A stretch of DNA of 64,000 nucleotides from an uncultured delta proteobacterium (GTDB lineage: Bacteria > Desulfobacterota > Desulfomonilia > Desulfomonilales > Desulfomonilaceae), in contig CAWBKB010000003.1 in the NCBI GenBank assembly GCA_963789265.1, forward strand, positions 1,024,001 through 1,088,000, read 5' to 3'. Every line of letters starts with the position of its first letter. Positions within the stretch are counted from its first letter, which is position 1. Positions 1-8,940 of the stretch are shown piece after piece. The translations under genes and the position numbers were made by a program. The notes beneath the pieces were generated by a model that worked only from the letters and a program-made list of their open reading frames with translations, had not been told where the DNA came from and ran no database searches.

Positions 1-1891
1 CATTACACGGGCTATTCCGACCGCTGAAATCAATTTGTTCGAGTCTCTGGATCAGCCCAGGTTCAGGCACAGTCATCCAGTCATTTAGAAGACGACTAAC
101 CCGTAACGGCAAGTTCCTGTCTCCTCTTTTCAACATAACTTCATTCGAAAAAAAACGGATCGCTATGTCGGAGCCGCGCGGCATTTCAGTTTCAACCGTC
201 CGAACAAAATCAGCAGCCGCAGCGGCCCTGTTGGGGCGCCAGTCGTCCGTCTCAATGGCCATTGTCTCCGAATTGTCCAGCATAACGAGCAACGCCCATT
301 TTGGGGTGACTCCCTTGTAGTTCTTTACAGTGATTGTGAGGCTACCTGGAGCCGGCGGCACGGTCACGCGGGGGACGACTGCTTGCTTCGCTAGGATTTT
401 GCTTGGTTCTGCTCTGGTGACTACGGTTTTAGCCGGAGCCTTATTCTCATGAGGGCTCGATGGAGTGGACTTGGGTCTCATTAATAGGGAAAACAGCGGA
501 ATCTTACTCAAATAGGACTGAACATCGTCTCCTGACTGAAGGTTCTCCGGTGCCAGTGCAGGGTGAGTACCAATGAAGCACCCCAAGATGACAATTCCGA
601 CCGCCCCGGCCAATCGAAACCAGGTCAATTTCAGATACTCTGTCGGTCGAGCCGCTTGTTTAGCGGGAAAAGGAATTAGTCCTAACAATATAAAGAAGTA
701 CCAGCAAATTTGAGGATACAACAGGGTGTCGGTGGTTAGTGAGTGCAAAAAGCTGCCCGCTAAAGGCAACAAGAGCGCAAGCGGATGGAAGAATGTCCCC
801 TCGACCGGTCGAAAACTCGTCCGGACCAGCCTGGTAAAGAGGACGACAATCGTAAATAGGTAGAGGATCAAGAAGGGGAAGCCCAGGTCGACCATGAAGC
901 AGAGGAGAATATTCTCGGAGGTTATGTCCTCTTTGACACACCGAGCCAAACGTTTTGCACTCGTGTCAGGGTGCCATATCCGATAATTCTGAAGATATTT
1001 TACACGAGATGACCGTAGCCCGATTCCCAGAAAAGGGTGTTGTGTAGCGACGTGCCACGAGAATGGATACAGCTCCATCCGCAAGTCTTGGTAACGGATA
1101 CTTGAAAAGCTTTTTTTCGAAACGTGTTCTATGTAATAGGATGTTGAGCAAGACCCCATCAACAACAATACGAGCATCATGGTTACCGTGCGGTATGATT
1201 TCACCGGCGCCAGGATGGCCGCCATGAACAAAAGTAGCAGAGAAATGATGACTCCTGAATCTATGAGAGAACCGCAGATGTATAGTACAGCGTAGGCGAA
1301 CACCAGCAGAGGTACCGCAATTAATGCCGTTATAAGGGGTTTGCGCATCGCCACAAGGCTCAATGGGGCGAAACTAAGAAGAAATATCATGTTTACCAGC
1401 GGATGCGGATTCGAGTAAAGAAACTCAAAAACGCTACCTTTGGAGAAAAAACCCCAGCAGCTCAATATAAGCACGCACGCCAAAAGGCCGGCACACATAT
1501 ATGCGAAGAACTTCTGAGCACCGGTGTTCTTTAGAATTATTCTGGAGCACCAGAAGCCGCCCAGTCCGGACGCCACAAGAACGAAGCCGCGAAGTGAGGA
1601 ACTCCACGGTGTTTCACTTGTCAAGCTGCTGGCAGTGCACAGAATTACCAATCCAAGGGGTATTAGGATTTCAGCCCGACTAAGCCTGGCCCATCTATTC
1701 TTTGTCAACAATAAGGTCGAGATCAGTGCCACGGCACAAACGATCCCGGAAAAGACGTTCGTCCTTTCGCCGGGCACGATAACCCAGTAAGGCTGCAAAA
1801 GGGCCAACTGGATACAGGCAGCCACGAAGATCAGCCACACAAGCTTTTCCGCAAAAGTCAATTTCGTGATATTTGTAGAATTCGCTGTCAC
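1..1891 (-). CDS. O-antigen ligase/Wzy-like multi-TM protein with C-terminal VWA-like domain (runs off the left edge)
   Basis: Manual translation of the minus strand gives one open frame from about 1891 (GTG; start uncertain) to the window edge. It has many hydrophobic segments and ligase-type motifs RMELYPFSWHVATQHPFLGIG, TSENILLCFMVDLG and LHSLTTDTLLYPQICWYFFILLG, then a Pro/Ala linker and ALLVMLDNSETMA (MIDAS-like). Absent from the ORF track, presumably because its stop lies outside the window. Confidence 0.75.
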   Translation of the reverse strand, partial: MTANSTNITKLTFAEKLVWLIFVAACIQLALLQPYWVIVPGERTNVFSGIVCAVALISTLLLTKNRWARLSRAEILIPLGLVILCTASSLTSETPWSSSLRGFVLVASGLGGFWCSRIILKNTGAQKFFAYMCAGLLACVLILSCWGFFSKGSVFEFLYSNPHPLVNMIFLLSFAPLSLVAMRKPLITALIAVPLLVFAYAVLYICGSLIDSGVIISLLLLFMAAILAPVKSYRTVTMMLVLLLMGSCSTSYYIEHVSKKSFSSIRYQDLRMELYPFSWHVATQHPFLGIGLRSSRVKYLQNYRIWHPDTSAKRLARCVKEDITSENILLCFMVDLGFPFLILYLFTIVVLFTRLVRTSFRPVEGTFFHPLALLLPLAGSFLHSLTTDTLLYPQICWYFFILLGLIPFPAKQAARPTEYLKLTWFRLAGAVGIVILGCFIGTHPALAPENLQSGDDVQSYLSKIPLFSLLMRPKSTPSSPHENKAPAKTVVTRAEPSKILAKQAVVPRVTVPPAPGSLTITVKNYKGVTPKWALLVMLDNSETMAIETDDWRPNRAAAAADFVRTVETEMPRGSDIAIRFFSNEVMLKRGDRNLPLRVSRLLNDWMTVPEPGLIQRLEQIDFSGRNSPCN

Positions 1892-2057
1892 GGCGCAAAT
1901 GTACAGCAGCGGCCCGGCAAACGCAAGGCCGCACCTCGCCGCGGAGGACGCTGATAATTCTCCTTTCTCTGAATGCTTATCCGTTTGAACGTAGAGGCAA
2001 TTTGGACCGGACCGCACGTGCCTGTGATTCACGCGAAATTGAAGGCTCTATTCCTTT

Positions 2058-2090
2058 TCTCCGCGTTCTCAGCGATCTCTGCCGTGAATC
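2058..2090. repeat. Short dispersed intergenic repeat (GATTCACGGCAGAG...GAGAA family)
   Basis: The reverse complement gattcacggcagagatcgctgagaacgcggagaa shares gattcacggcagag with 17890-17914. Confidence 0.5.
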
Positions 2091-2193
2091 CCGATTGCCC
2101 GTTGAACGCTTGCCGGTTTAAAGAAAAAAGACTTGACGGCTCGTAGGATTGTTTGTTATTTGAACACAAAGCAACGAACAATAAACTCGGAAC

Positions 2194-2766
2194 ATGGAAG
2201 ACCCAATCCTCGAATATCAAGTCCTCGATGCCGTTCATGAGAATGAAGGGCATATTACGCAGAGGCACATATCGCAGCAAACCGGCCGCAGCGTGGCTTC
2301 CGTCAACTTCGCGTTGCGGCTTCTGGCTGTGAAAGGGTATATAAAGATTTCCGGAGCCAACCCTCGTAATCTGCGATATAACCTCACCCCAACGGGCATT
2401 TTGCAGAAATCTATTCTCGCTTACAATTTTGTCAGGAGGCAAAGCGCTCTTTATGAAGAGGTCCGCAAGAATGTCTTGACTATGCTCAAAGGGTTGGCCG
2501 AGGAGGGGATCCGGAAGCTGAGCGTGTACGGCTGGACTCCTTTTACGGAAGCGGCCATGCTGTACCTTGTCTCTGAAGGCATACAGGTCACCGCGGTATA
2601 CGTGGACGCACTTGACGGAAAGAGGCCGTATTTCAATAGGATTCCCGTCCGGCTCATTTCCGAGTTCGATGACGATTGCGAAGCATTGGTGCTCATGGGG
2701 CCTTTGCCCGCTGAGTTTGATGAGCGAATCAGTACTAGAAGATTGATCTGCTACCCGGTTTGTTAA
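2194..2766 (+). CDS. Winged-helix MarR-type regulator, EPS/polysaccharide-cluster associated
   Basis: N-terminal ITQRHISQQTGRSVASVNFALRLLAVKGYIKI...YNLTPTG wHTH plus a small Rossmann-like C-domain; lies at the head of a glycan cluster. Confidence 0.8.
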   Translation: MEDPILEYQVLDAVHENEGHITQRHISQQTGRSVASVNFALRLLAVKGYIKISGANPRNLRYNLTPTGILQKSILAYNFVRRQSALYEEVRKNVLTMLKGLAEEGIRKLSVYGWTPFTEAAMLYLVSEGIQVTAVYVDALDGKRPYFNRIPVRLISEFDDDCEALVLMGPLPAEFDERISTRRLICYPVC

Positions 2767-2809
2767 AACTGGGCGACTAAATACGCTGACACAAAATCCA
2801 GTATATCTG

Positions 2810-2847
2810 AAAACTGCTGTTATGTTAAAGAGATGGCAGTTTTTTTA
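2810..2847 (+). terminator. Probable intrinsic terminator
   Basis: aaaactgc...gcagttttttt inverted repeat with a T-tract, downstream of the MarR gene. Confidence 0.45.
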
Positions 2848-2985
2848 GAGGGCGAAGCTTGTACTAAAGCATCCTCGAAAAACGTGCCGATGCATGCTGA
2901 GTAAAATCCGTTCGACCTCGGGCAACAGCTTGCTAAGTCACGCCGAAGTGCGGAGGCAAATTCCCCTAGGCAAGGGATACGCACC

Positions 2986-3255
2986 ATGACGGAACTACAC
3001 GAAACATCTAAGCAGCCTGGGGCATCAGATCGGCCACGATCATCGGGACCTCTGCGTTTTGACGCAATCCTCGAACACGTCGATAAACTTTCAATTGAAG
3101 ATCAGGACGCGCTTAAGGATGTGATCAAACGGCGTCGCGCTGAGCTTAGAAGAGAGGCAATCGCGGAAAATGTCAGAAAGTCCCGAGAAGAATTCGCCGC
3201 GGGGCTCGTAAACCATGGCACGGTGGATGAACTGATGGAAGAGTTCGGACGTTGA
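2986..3255 (+). CDS. Small antitoxin-like hypothetical protein
   Basis: 89 aa, acidic; C-terminus REEFAAGLVNHGTVDELMEEF resembles the antitoxins that precede RelE/ParE-type toxins. No toxin follows. Confidence 0.5.
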   Translation: MTELHETSKQPGASDRPRSSGPLRFDAILEHVDKLSIEDQDALKDVIKRRRAELRREAIAENVRKSREEFAAGLVNHGTVDELMEEFGR

Positions 3256-3274
3256 CAGGGTAGTGTTGGTCCCA

Positions 3275-4870
3275 ATGTCGCTGATCCGCAAAAATATCGC
3301 TGCCAACTATGCAGGGTCCTTCTGGACCGCTGTGATGAGCGTCATTTTCATACCCCTGTACATCAAATTCATGGGTATAGAGTCCTTCGCATTAGTGGGC
3401 GTGTTCGTGTCCATGCGTGCAGCGTTCAATATCTTTGACATCGGGCTGAGCGCGAGCATGACGCGGGAAATGGCACGCCTTTCAGCCGTTGATCCGACAG
3501 GTCATGAGAGACGCGATCTCGCCCGTACGCTTGAGATTATCTACTGGATCGTGGCGCTCTTGCTTGGCCTGATAGTGGTCGTCCTTGCCGGTCCCATCGC
3601 CGACTACTGGGTGAAGCCCGAGCATCTCGATCCTTCCGTAGTGAAACAGGCTATCATGATCACCGGCGCGGTTGTTGCGCTACAATGGCCGGTATCGTTT
3701 TATTCCGGCGGCCTGCGAGGGCTCGACTGCCAGGTGACGCTCAACGTCATTACGTGTGCAGGCTCAACCCTGCGGGGGTTAGGCTCCGTGGCGGTGCTAT
3801 GGTTGATCTCGCCTACAATACAGGCCTATTTCTTATTTCAGATTGCAGCCAGCGCTGTGCATACATTTTGTCTTGCCGGGGCTTTTTGGTTGTCGCTCCC
3901 GGGGCGAAATACGCCAGCCGGATTTTCTCTCGCCCATTTGAAGCGAATTTGGCGGTTTTCTGCCGGCATGACGGGCATTAGCGTGACGGGCATGTTGCTA
4001 ACGCAAACCGACAAAATAATCTTGAGTCGGATGCTTCCCCTGAAGCTATTCGGCTATTACACCCTAGCATGGACAGTCAGCGCGACCCTGCTAAGGATTA
4101 TCGACCCAGTAGACGCGGGAGTCTATCCTACGCTGACCCGACTCGCAGCCCAGAGGAATGAACGTGAGCTGAGCGACATGTATCACAAGAGCACTCAGAT
4201 GGAGGTTGTGCTGCTTGTGCCGGCCGCACTCGCATTGATTTTTTTCGGACAGTCCATTCTCTCCGTATGGTCCGGAAATGCTGAACTGGCACAAAGAACC
4301 GCGCTCATTTTGAGCATTCTTGCTATCGGCACATGCCTCAACGGCCTCGTTCACATCCCATATTTAACGCAGCTTGCTTACGGTTGGACCTCACTGGCTT
4401 TCTATCAGCAAATCGTCTCGGTCATCGTGCTCATCCCTCTCATGGTGATGCTCACGCACGCGTATCAGGGAACCGGCGCCGCATATGTTTGGGTGATTTT
4501 CAATGCTGGATACTTGCTGGCAGCTATTCAAGTCATGCATAAGCGGATTCTTCCGGGTGCGAAACGGGAATGGTATGTTTATGACGTCGGGATCCCTACC
4601 GCGGGAGCGCTAGTTGTTGCATTTGCCGGCTGGATGATCATGCCGCCGCACTTGGGTACGCTTTCGTTGGTTCTTTACCTTGGTGTGGTAAGTGGTTTGT
4701 GCCTTGTAGCAGCCGTTTGTGCTGCACCGATGGCAAGAGTGTCATTCTTGAAGGCGGGGAAGTCGCTTTTTAGCAGATTGGTCCTCCGTGGTAAATGGCC
4801 CCCCCCTCCCTGCACTACGGCAGGCCCAATGCAAGTTAAGCACGTCAGCAAAGATTATCCGCAGAGTTAG
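3275..4870 (+). CDS. wzx: Wzx-type oligosaccharide flippase (MOP superfamily)
   Basis: Starts SLIRKNIAANYAG; many TM helices; DKIILSRMLPLKLFGYYTLA motif. Confidence 0.88.
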   Translation: MSLIRKNIAANYAGSFWTAVMSVIFIPLYIKFMGIESFALVGVFVSMRAAFNIFDIGLSASMTREMARLSAVDPTGHERRDLARTLEIIYWIVALLLGLIVVVLAGPIADYWVKPEHLDPSVVKQAIMITGAVVALQWPVSFYSGGLRGLDCQVTLNVITCAGSTLRGLGSVAVLWLISPTIQAYFLFQIAASAVHTFCLAGAFWLSLPGRNTPAGFSLAHLKRIWRFSAGMTGISVTGMLLTQTDKIILSRMLPLKLFGYYTLAWTVSATLLRIIDPVDAGVYPTLTRLAAQRNERELSDMYHKSTQMEVVLLVPAALALIFFGQSILSVWSGNAELAQRTALILSILAIGTCLNGLVHIPYLTQLAYGWTSLAFYQQIVSVIVLIPLMVMLTHAYQGTGAAYVWVIFNAGYLLAAIQVMHKRILPGAKREWYVYDVGIPTAGALVVAFAGWMIMPPHLGTLSLVLYLGVVSGLCLVAAVCAAPMARVSFLKAGKSLFSRLVLRGKWPPPPCTTAGPMQVKHVSKDYPQS

Positions 4871-4969
4871 AATTCTCGGCTGACATCTATCATACGCTAT
4901 TGTAGTTGGCGAGGAAGGAGTTTCATATGTCTCCTAAAATAGATCTCGGTTGGATGTTTCGGAGATTGC

Positions 4970-5777
4970 TAGTGGTCTGTCCCATAAATAGTTAGGCATA
5001 TTTATGGGTATGTGGTATGAAGCCGGCAATTCATTTGAGGGTGAAGGGGTGGCTGCTTCAATATCGCTATTTCTTGGTGATCATGATCGGGAGGAGTTGG
5101 AAGTGCTCCTTCGATCAGGGCGAACCGAACAACGGCTTGTCAGACGCATTGGTATTGTGTTGACGTTTGCAGAAGGCTTTAGTGTGAAAGGGGTGGCTCG
5201 ACGATGCGGGTGCAATATGGAGACTGCCAGATTGTGGCGGGATCGTTGGGTTCAAGGTGGATTAAAGGGGCTCTCCGATGCTCCGGGGCGGGGCCGCAAA
5301 CCCAAGTATATTAGAGAGGAGGAGGCGAAGATCATTGCGGCTACGCTGGAAGCACCGGAAGATGAAACCCACTGGAGCGCCGGAAGGCTTGCCAAGAAGG
5401 TTAAGGCAAGTAAATCGACCGTTCAACGAATCTGGGATCGCAATTCGCTTCAGCCCCATCTTCAGAAGACTTTTAAGTATAGCAACGATCCTCAACTGGT
5501 TGAGAAAGTAGTAGGTGTGGCGGGACTTTATTTAAATCCGCCTGAAAAAGCTCTGGTCTTGTCCATTGATGAGAAGAGCCAGATGCAAGCACTCAACAGG
5601 ACGCAGCCGCTTCTCCCACTGAAGCTTGGCCATCCTGAGTGCCGTACTCACGATTACGAACGAAACGGAACAACCACACTCTTTGCGGCGCTCAACGTTG
5701 CCACGGGCGAAGTAGTGGGGAAATGCAAGAAAGCTCACAAGCACCAAGATTTCCTCCATTTTCTCAGGATCATCTGA
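4970..5777 (+). mobile_element. IS630-family element, 3'-truncated transposase (CDS 5004-5777)
   Basis: HTH region, THWSAGRLA, LSIDEKSQMQALNRTQP and HDYERNGTTTLFAALNVATG; stops before the second D and the E of the DDE triad. TA-initiated left end with the hairpin cccataaata/tatttatggg. Confidence 0.88.
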
Positions 5778-5854
5778 ACAAGCAACTTGCAATCGAAAGT
5801 CCCGGTCAACCGCCCCAGATTATTAGGCATTGCTGTCTAATCTAAAGGTAGATT

Positions 5855-6844
5855 ATGAACTTAAACACATTCGTATATGAAAAGTGCATTCAATCTATTC
5901 AATCTAGGAATCCCCTCCCTAAGTATTTTTGGTTTTTGTTAAGAAAACTGCTAATCAAACTTTTTAACGACCCGGTGTGCCGGATGTCATTACATGGACG
6001 ATATCTAGAGTTCCCGCTGTCTCATGCCATGCCAATGTATCTGGTACAGTTCCCGTTCTATGATCGACTCCCTGGAAGACTAGGAGAATATGTACGGCAT
6101 AAATACGGGTATGTAAAATGCATCGATGTCGGTGCAAACATTGGTGACACAATCGCATCATTTTATCAAGAAGGTGCAGATCAAGACAAGTTTTTGGCTA
6201 TCGAGCCTAACAAGAAGTTTCTGAAATATTTATATCGTAACTGGAACCATACGGGTAATGTCACAATTCTACCTGTTGTTTGTGGGGCTAAAAGCTTAAA
6301 GAGAAGTTATACGGAAGTGGAAATGCAGGGCACTGCGTCATTTGTGTGTGATGAAAATGGTGAGGCTATAGAAACTGAGTCTCTTGGTGATATAGTAAAG
6401 GGCAAACTAGAGTTTACCGATGTCAACATTCTGAAGATCGATACTGACGGGTATGATTTTGAGGTTATTGCTGGAGCTAGCAAAGTTATAGAGAAGAATA
6501 TGCCCGTTGTATTGTTTGAATGTGCGGAGTTGTCTAATCCTAATTATGTGGAAAATTGTTTGGAGACGCTAAAGTTTTTCAAGTCCATAGGATATGAGTC
6601 TTTTTTATTCTATGACAATTTTGGAAATTTGATGGGTAGATGCTCATTATCCGATTTGTCGCACTTTCGCTATTTGTTATTTTATCAGTTGACCAGCAGA
6701 TTCCGTTATTTCGACATTCTGTTAATGAGAAGCGAAGATCTTGCGCCTTTTTTCGTAAGTGAGAGTTCTTACTTTATTGACAAGATGCCTGACAAATCGT
6801 TGCAACGGACGGCAGCAGTAGCCATAGGAGGGGTTGAACCATGA
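5855..6844 (+). CDS. FkbM-family SAM methyltransferase
   Basis: IDVGANIGD, AIEP and LKIDTDGYDFEVI motifs; visibly AT-rich DNA. Confidence 0.88.
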   Translation: MNLNTFVYEKCIQSIQSRNPLPKYFWFLLRKLLIKLFNDPVCRMSLHGRYLEFPLSHAMPMYLVQFPFYDRLPGRLGEYVRHKYGYVKCIDVGANIGDTIASFYQEGADQDKFLAIEPNKKFLKYLYRNWNHTGNVTILPVVCGAKSLKRSYTEVEMQGTASFVCDENGEAIETESLGDIVKGKLEFTDVNILKIDTDGYDFEVIAGASKVIEKNMPVVLFECAELSNPNYVENCLETLKFFKSIGYESFLFYDNFGNLMGRCSLSDLSHFRYLLFYQLTSRFRYFDILLMRSEDLAPFFVSESSYFIDKMPDKSLQRTAAVAIGGVEP

Positions 6845-7029
6845 AGAAAAAAGGTGTCAAGGAAAAACTGACACCAATCTCATTCTATGGCTTAGATACA
6901 AGAGACGTAATTCGAGCTATTATGCAAGTTAGACCTGAACGGCTGAAAGAATTGGAAGAACAAGAGCGGCTAGAGAGTGTTAAAAACGCCAGAAGGAAGA
7001 TAGATTTAGAGGGTAGTATGAGTGATTGA
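6841..7029 (+). CDS. Small hypothetical protein
   Basis: 62 aa; GGAGG RBS upstream; ATGA overlap with the fkbM stop. Confidence 0.5.
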   Translation: MKKKGVKEKLTPISFYGLDTRDVIRAIMQVRPERLKELEEQERLESVKNARRKIDLEGSMSD

Positions 7030-7299
7030 CGCACTCACGGAACTACCCCCTAAAACGGTTAAGAGTTAGAATGTGCTATGAGCAAAAACAACTCTAACCA
7101 TACCCAAATGTCCAGGAGCCTGTCGCGCAACAGAATACTCGTGCTACGCGGACATGCTTTTTGGCACATATTGGGCCGCGGCGCTCAATTCGTACTTCGC
7201 GATATCGCGCGGTTATCACGCTGCCTCGCGTGGTCTGAACACCGAGAACCGTGGATCGTGGCACGATTCTGTATCCTTTGCCAGTTATGCGACAGGCTC

Positions 7300-7473
7300 C
7301 TAGGGTATATCGCTGCGACTTTGCAAAGCGAGGGCTACGATGCGAACTTGGAGGTTGACTCTTGCGGCAACCCTTGCCCACGATATGAATTTCACGAGAG
7401 ATATGAAGCTGGGCTCAAGAATGTTTAACACCCCATCTGGCTTGAAGCAGAGAGCGTGATCCGAGAATCAAAG
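7300..7473 (+). pseudogene. Decayed fragment of a B12-binding radical SAM paralogue
   Basis: LGYIAATLQSEGYDANLEVDSCGNPCPRYEFHERYEAGLKNV*HPIWLEAESVIRESK aligns by eye with LGYLAAVLRNEG...YDANVNSDSGASACSPNRLRERFEAGLRDDEHPVWKEAKAVIRDTR of 8941-10392. Confidence 0.75.
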
Positions 7474-7756
7474 CTTGAGGGCGCGTTGGTCATGATCGTG
7501 CAAGGCCGATTCACATTTGATACCCATGCGCTTTCAAAGGAGTGGTAATTCGTCACCCCATTCGGTGCAGTTTCGGGCAGATCTCCTGCGCTACGGACGC
7601 CATAACCTGACTGCGCTCCGGAGAATCGCCCGAAATGGCGATCAGACATGTCACATATTAGACGGGCATCGGTATGATGCAGTGTGCTCGATATCCAGCG
7701 CAGCCAAGTCGAGGCTGCGACACTTTAAGCCAATCAATCAATCGTCGGACGTTTTC

Positions 7757-8713
7757 ATGACCAGAACTATCCAAATGATCAAAGGTTTGAAGAGAGCCGC
7801 GAAAAGAATGCTCAACGTGCGCGATGTTGCTCTCCGCACGGAAATAGCTATCGATGATCTAAAAATCCTGACAGCAAGAAGTTTGATCGACAGGATAAAA
7901 TCGTACGGAATTTACGAAAGCATCCAGGACGCTGAATTCAAGGTCTTCTCTCAATTCGGTGATGACGGGATCATTCAGTACCTCATATACAACGTTGAGA
8001 TAGGTCATCGAAACTTCGTGGAATTTGGCATCGAAGACTATACTGAATCCAACACGAGATTCCTGCTCATGAATGATAACTGGAGCGGACTCGTGATGGA
8101 CGGAAACAAATCGAATATCGATCGGGTGAGACATGATGAAATGTACTGGAAATACGACCTCATCGCGATGGAAGCTTTCGTGACCCGAGAAAACATAAAT
8201 GAGTGTCTGGTGAAGAACAATTTCACGAATGAAATAGGTATACTGAGTATTGATGTTGATGGCAATGATTATTGGATATGGGAATCAATTCACGTTATAG
8301 ATCCTGTCATCGTAATAGTCGAGTATAATAGTGTCTTCGGCTACGATCACGCAATCACAATACCGTACGATCCAAATTTTATAAGGTCCGATGCCCACCG
8401 GTCTAACCTTTATTGGGGGGCCTCGCTCAGGGCAATCTGTTTACTTGCTGACAGGAAGGGATATTACTTTGTGGGCTCAAACAGCGCCGGAAACAATGCC
8501 TATTTCGTCAAGAAGGATAAAGCAGGCAACCTCAGAACTTTCGATGCCAGAACGGGATACGTGAAGTCGAAATTCAGAGAATCTCGGGATTCGCATGGAA
8601 GACTCACTTTCCTGGCTTTTGAAGATCGCTTGAAAGAAATCCGAGACAAGCAGGTCTATGATGTGGAAACAGGTATCATTGCACCAATACGTGACCTGCA
8701 AAAAAAAGTCTGA
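7757..8713 (+). CDS. Conserved glycan-locus protein, putative SAM methyltransferase fold
   Basis: VFSQFGDDGII, FVEFG and LSIDVDGNDYWIW motifs. The start is probably ATG 7757 or 7775 rather than 7517. Confidence 0.75.
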   Translation: MTRTIQMIKGLKRAAKRMLNVRDVALRTEIAIDDLKILTARSLIDRIKSYGIYESIQDAEFKVFSQFGDDGIIQYLIYNVEIGHRNFVEFGIEDYTESNTRFLLMNDNWSGLVMDGNKSNIDRVRHDEMYWKYDLIAMEAFVTRENINECLVKNNFTNEIGILSIDVDGNDYWIWESIHVIDPVIVIVEYNSVFGYDHAITIPYDPNFIRSDAHRSNLYWGASLRAICLLADRKGYYFVGSNSAGNNAYFVKKDKAGNLRTFDARTGYVKSKFRESRDSHGRLTFLAFEDRLKEIRDKQVYDVETGIIAPIRDLQKKV

Positions 8714-8940
8714 TCGCTAATTCGATGCAGCAAGTGGGTTTTATCCACGGCTGCATTCGCAGAGCTTGAGCATTGATAGCCAATCAATCACAAAAGTTCC
8801 CCTACCCGGAATTGCCCTTATGGGAGCGAGATTTCTCGCACGAGGCGGGGTGGTTAAGTGATAGAAGATACACTTGAAGGCTTGGTCCTTGTTTTTAATA
8901 AATTCGGCCAGTTTGGTGATTTTATGGGAGTTTTATCAAC

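Noticed and set aside
660..1934. Short ORFs listed in the track
   Set aside because: They overlap the long minus-strand ligase-like frame.
5778..5845. Right end of the IS630 element
   Set aside because: Shares ttaggcat with the left end only in direct orientation; no inverted terminal repeat found.
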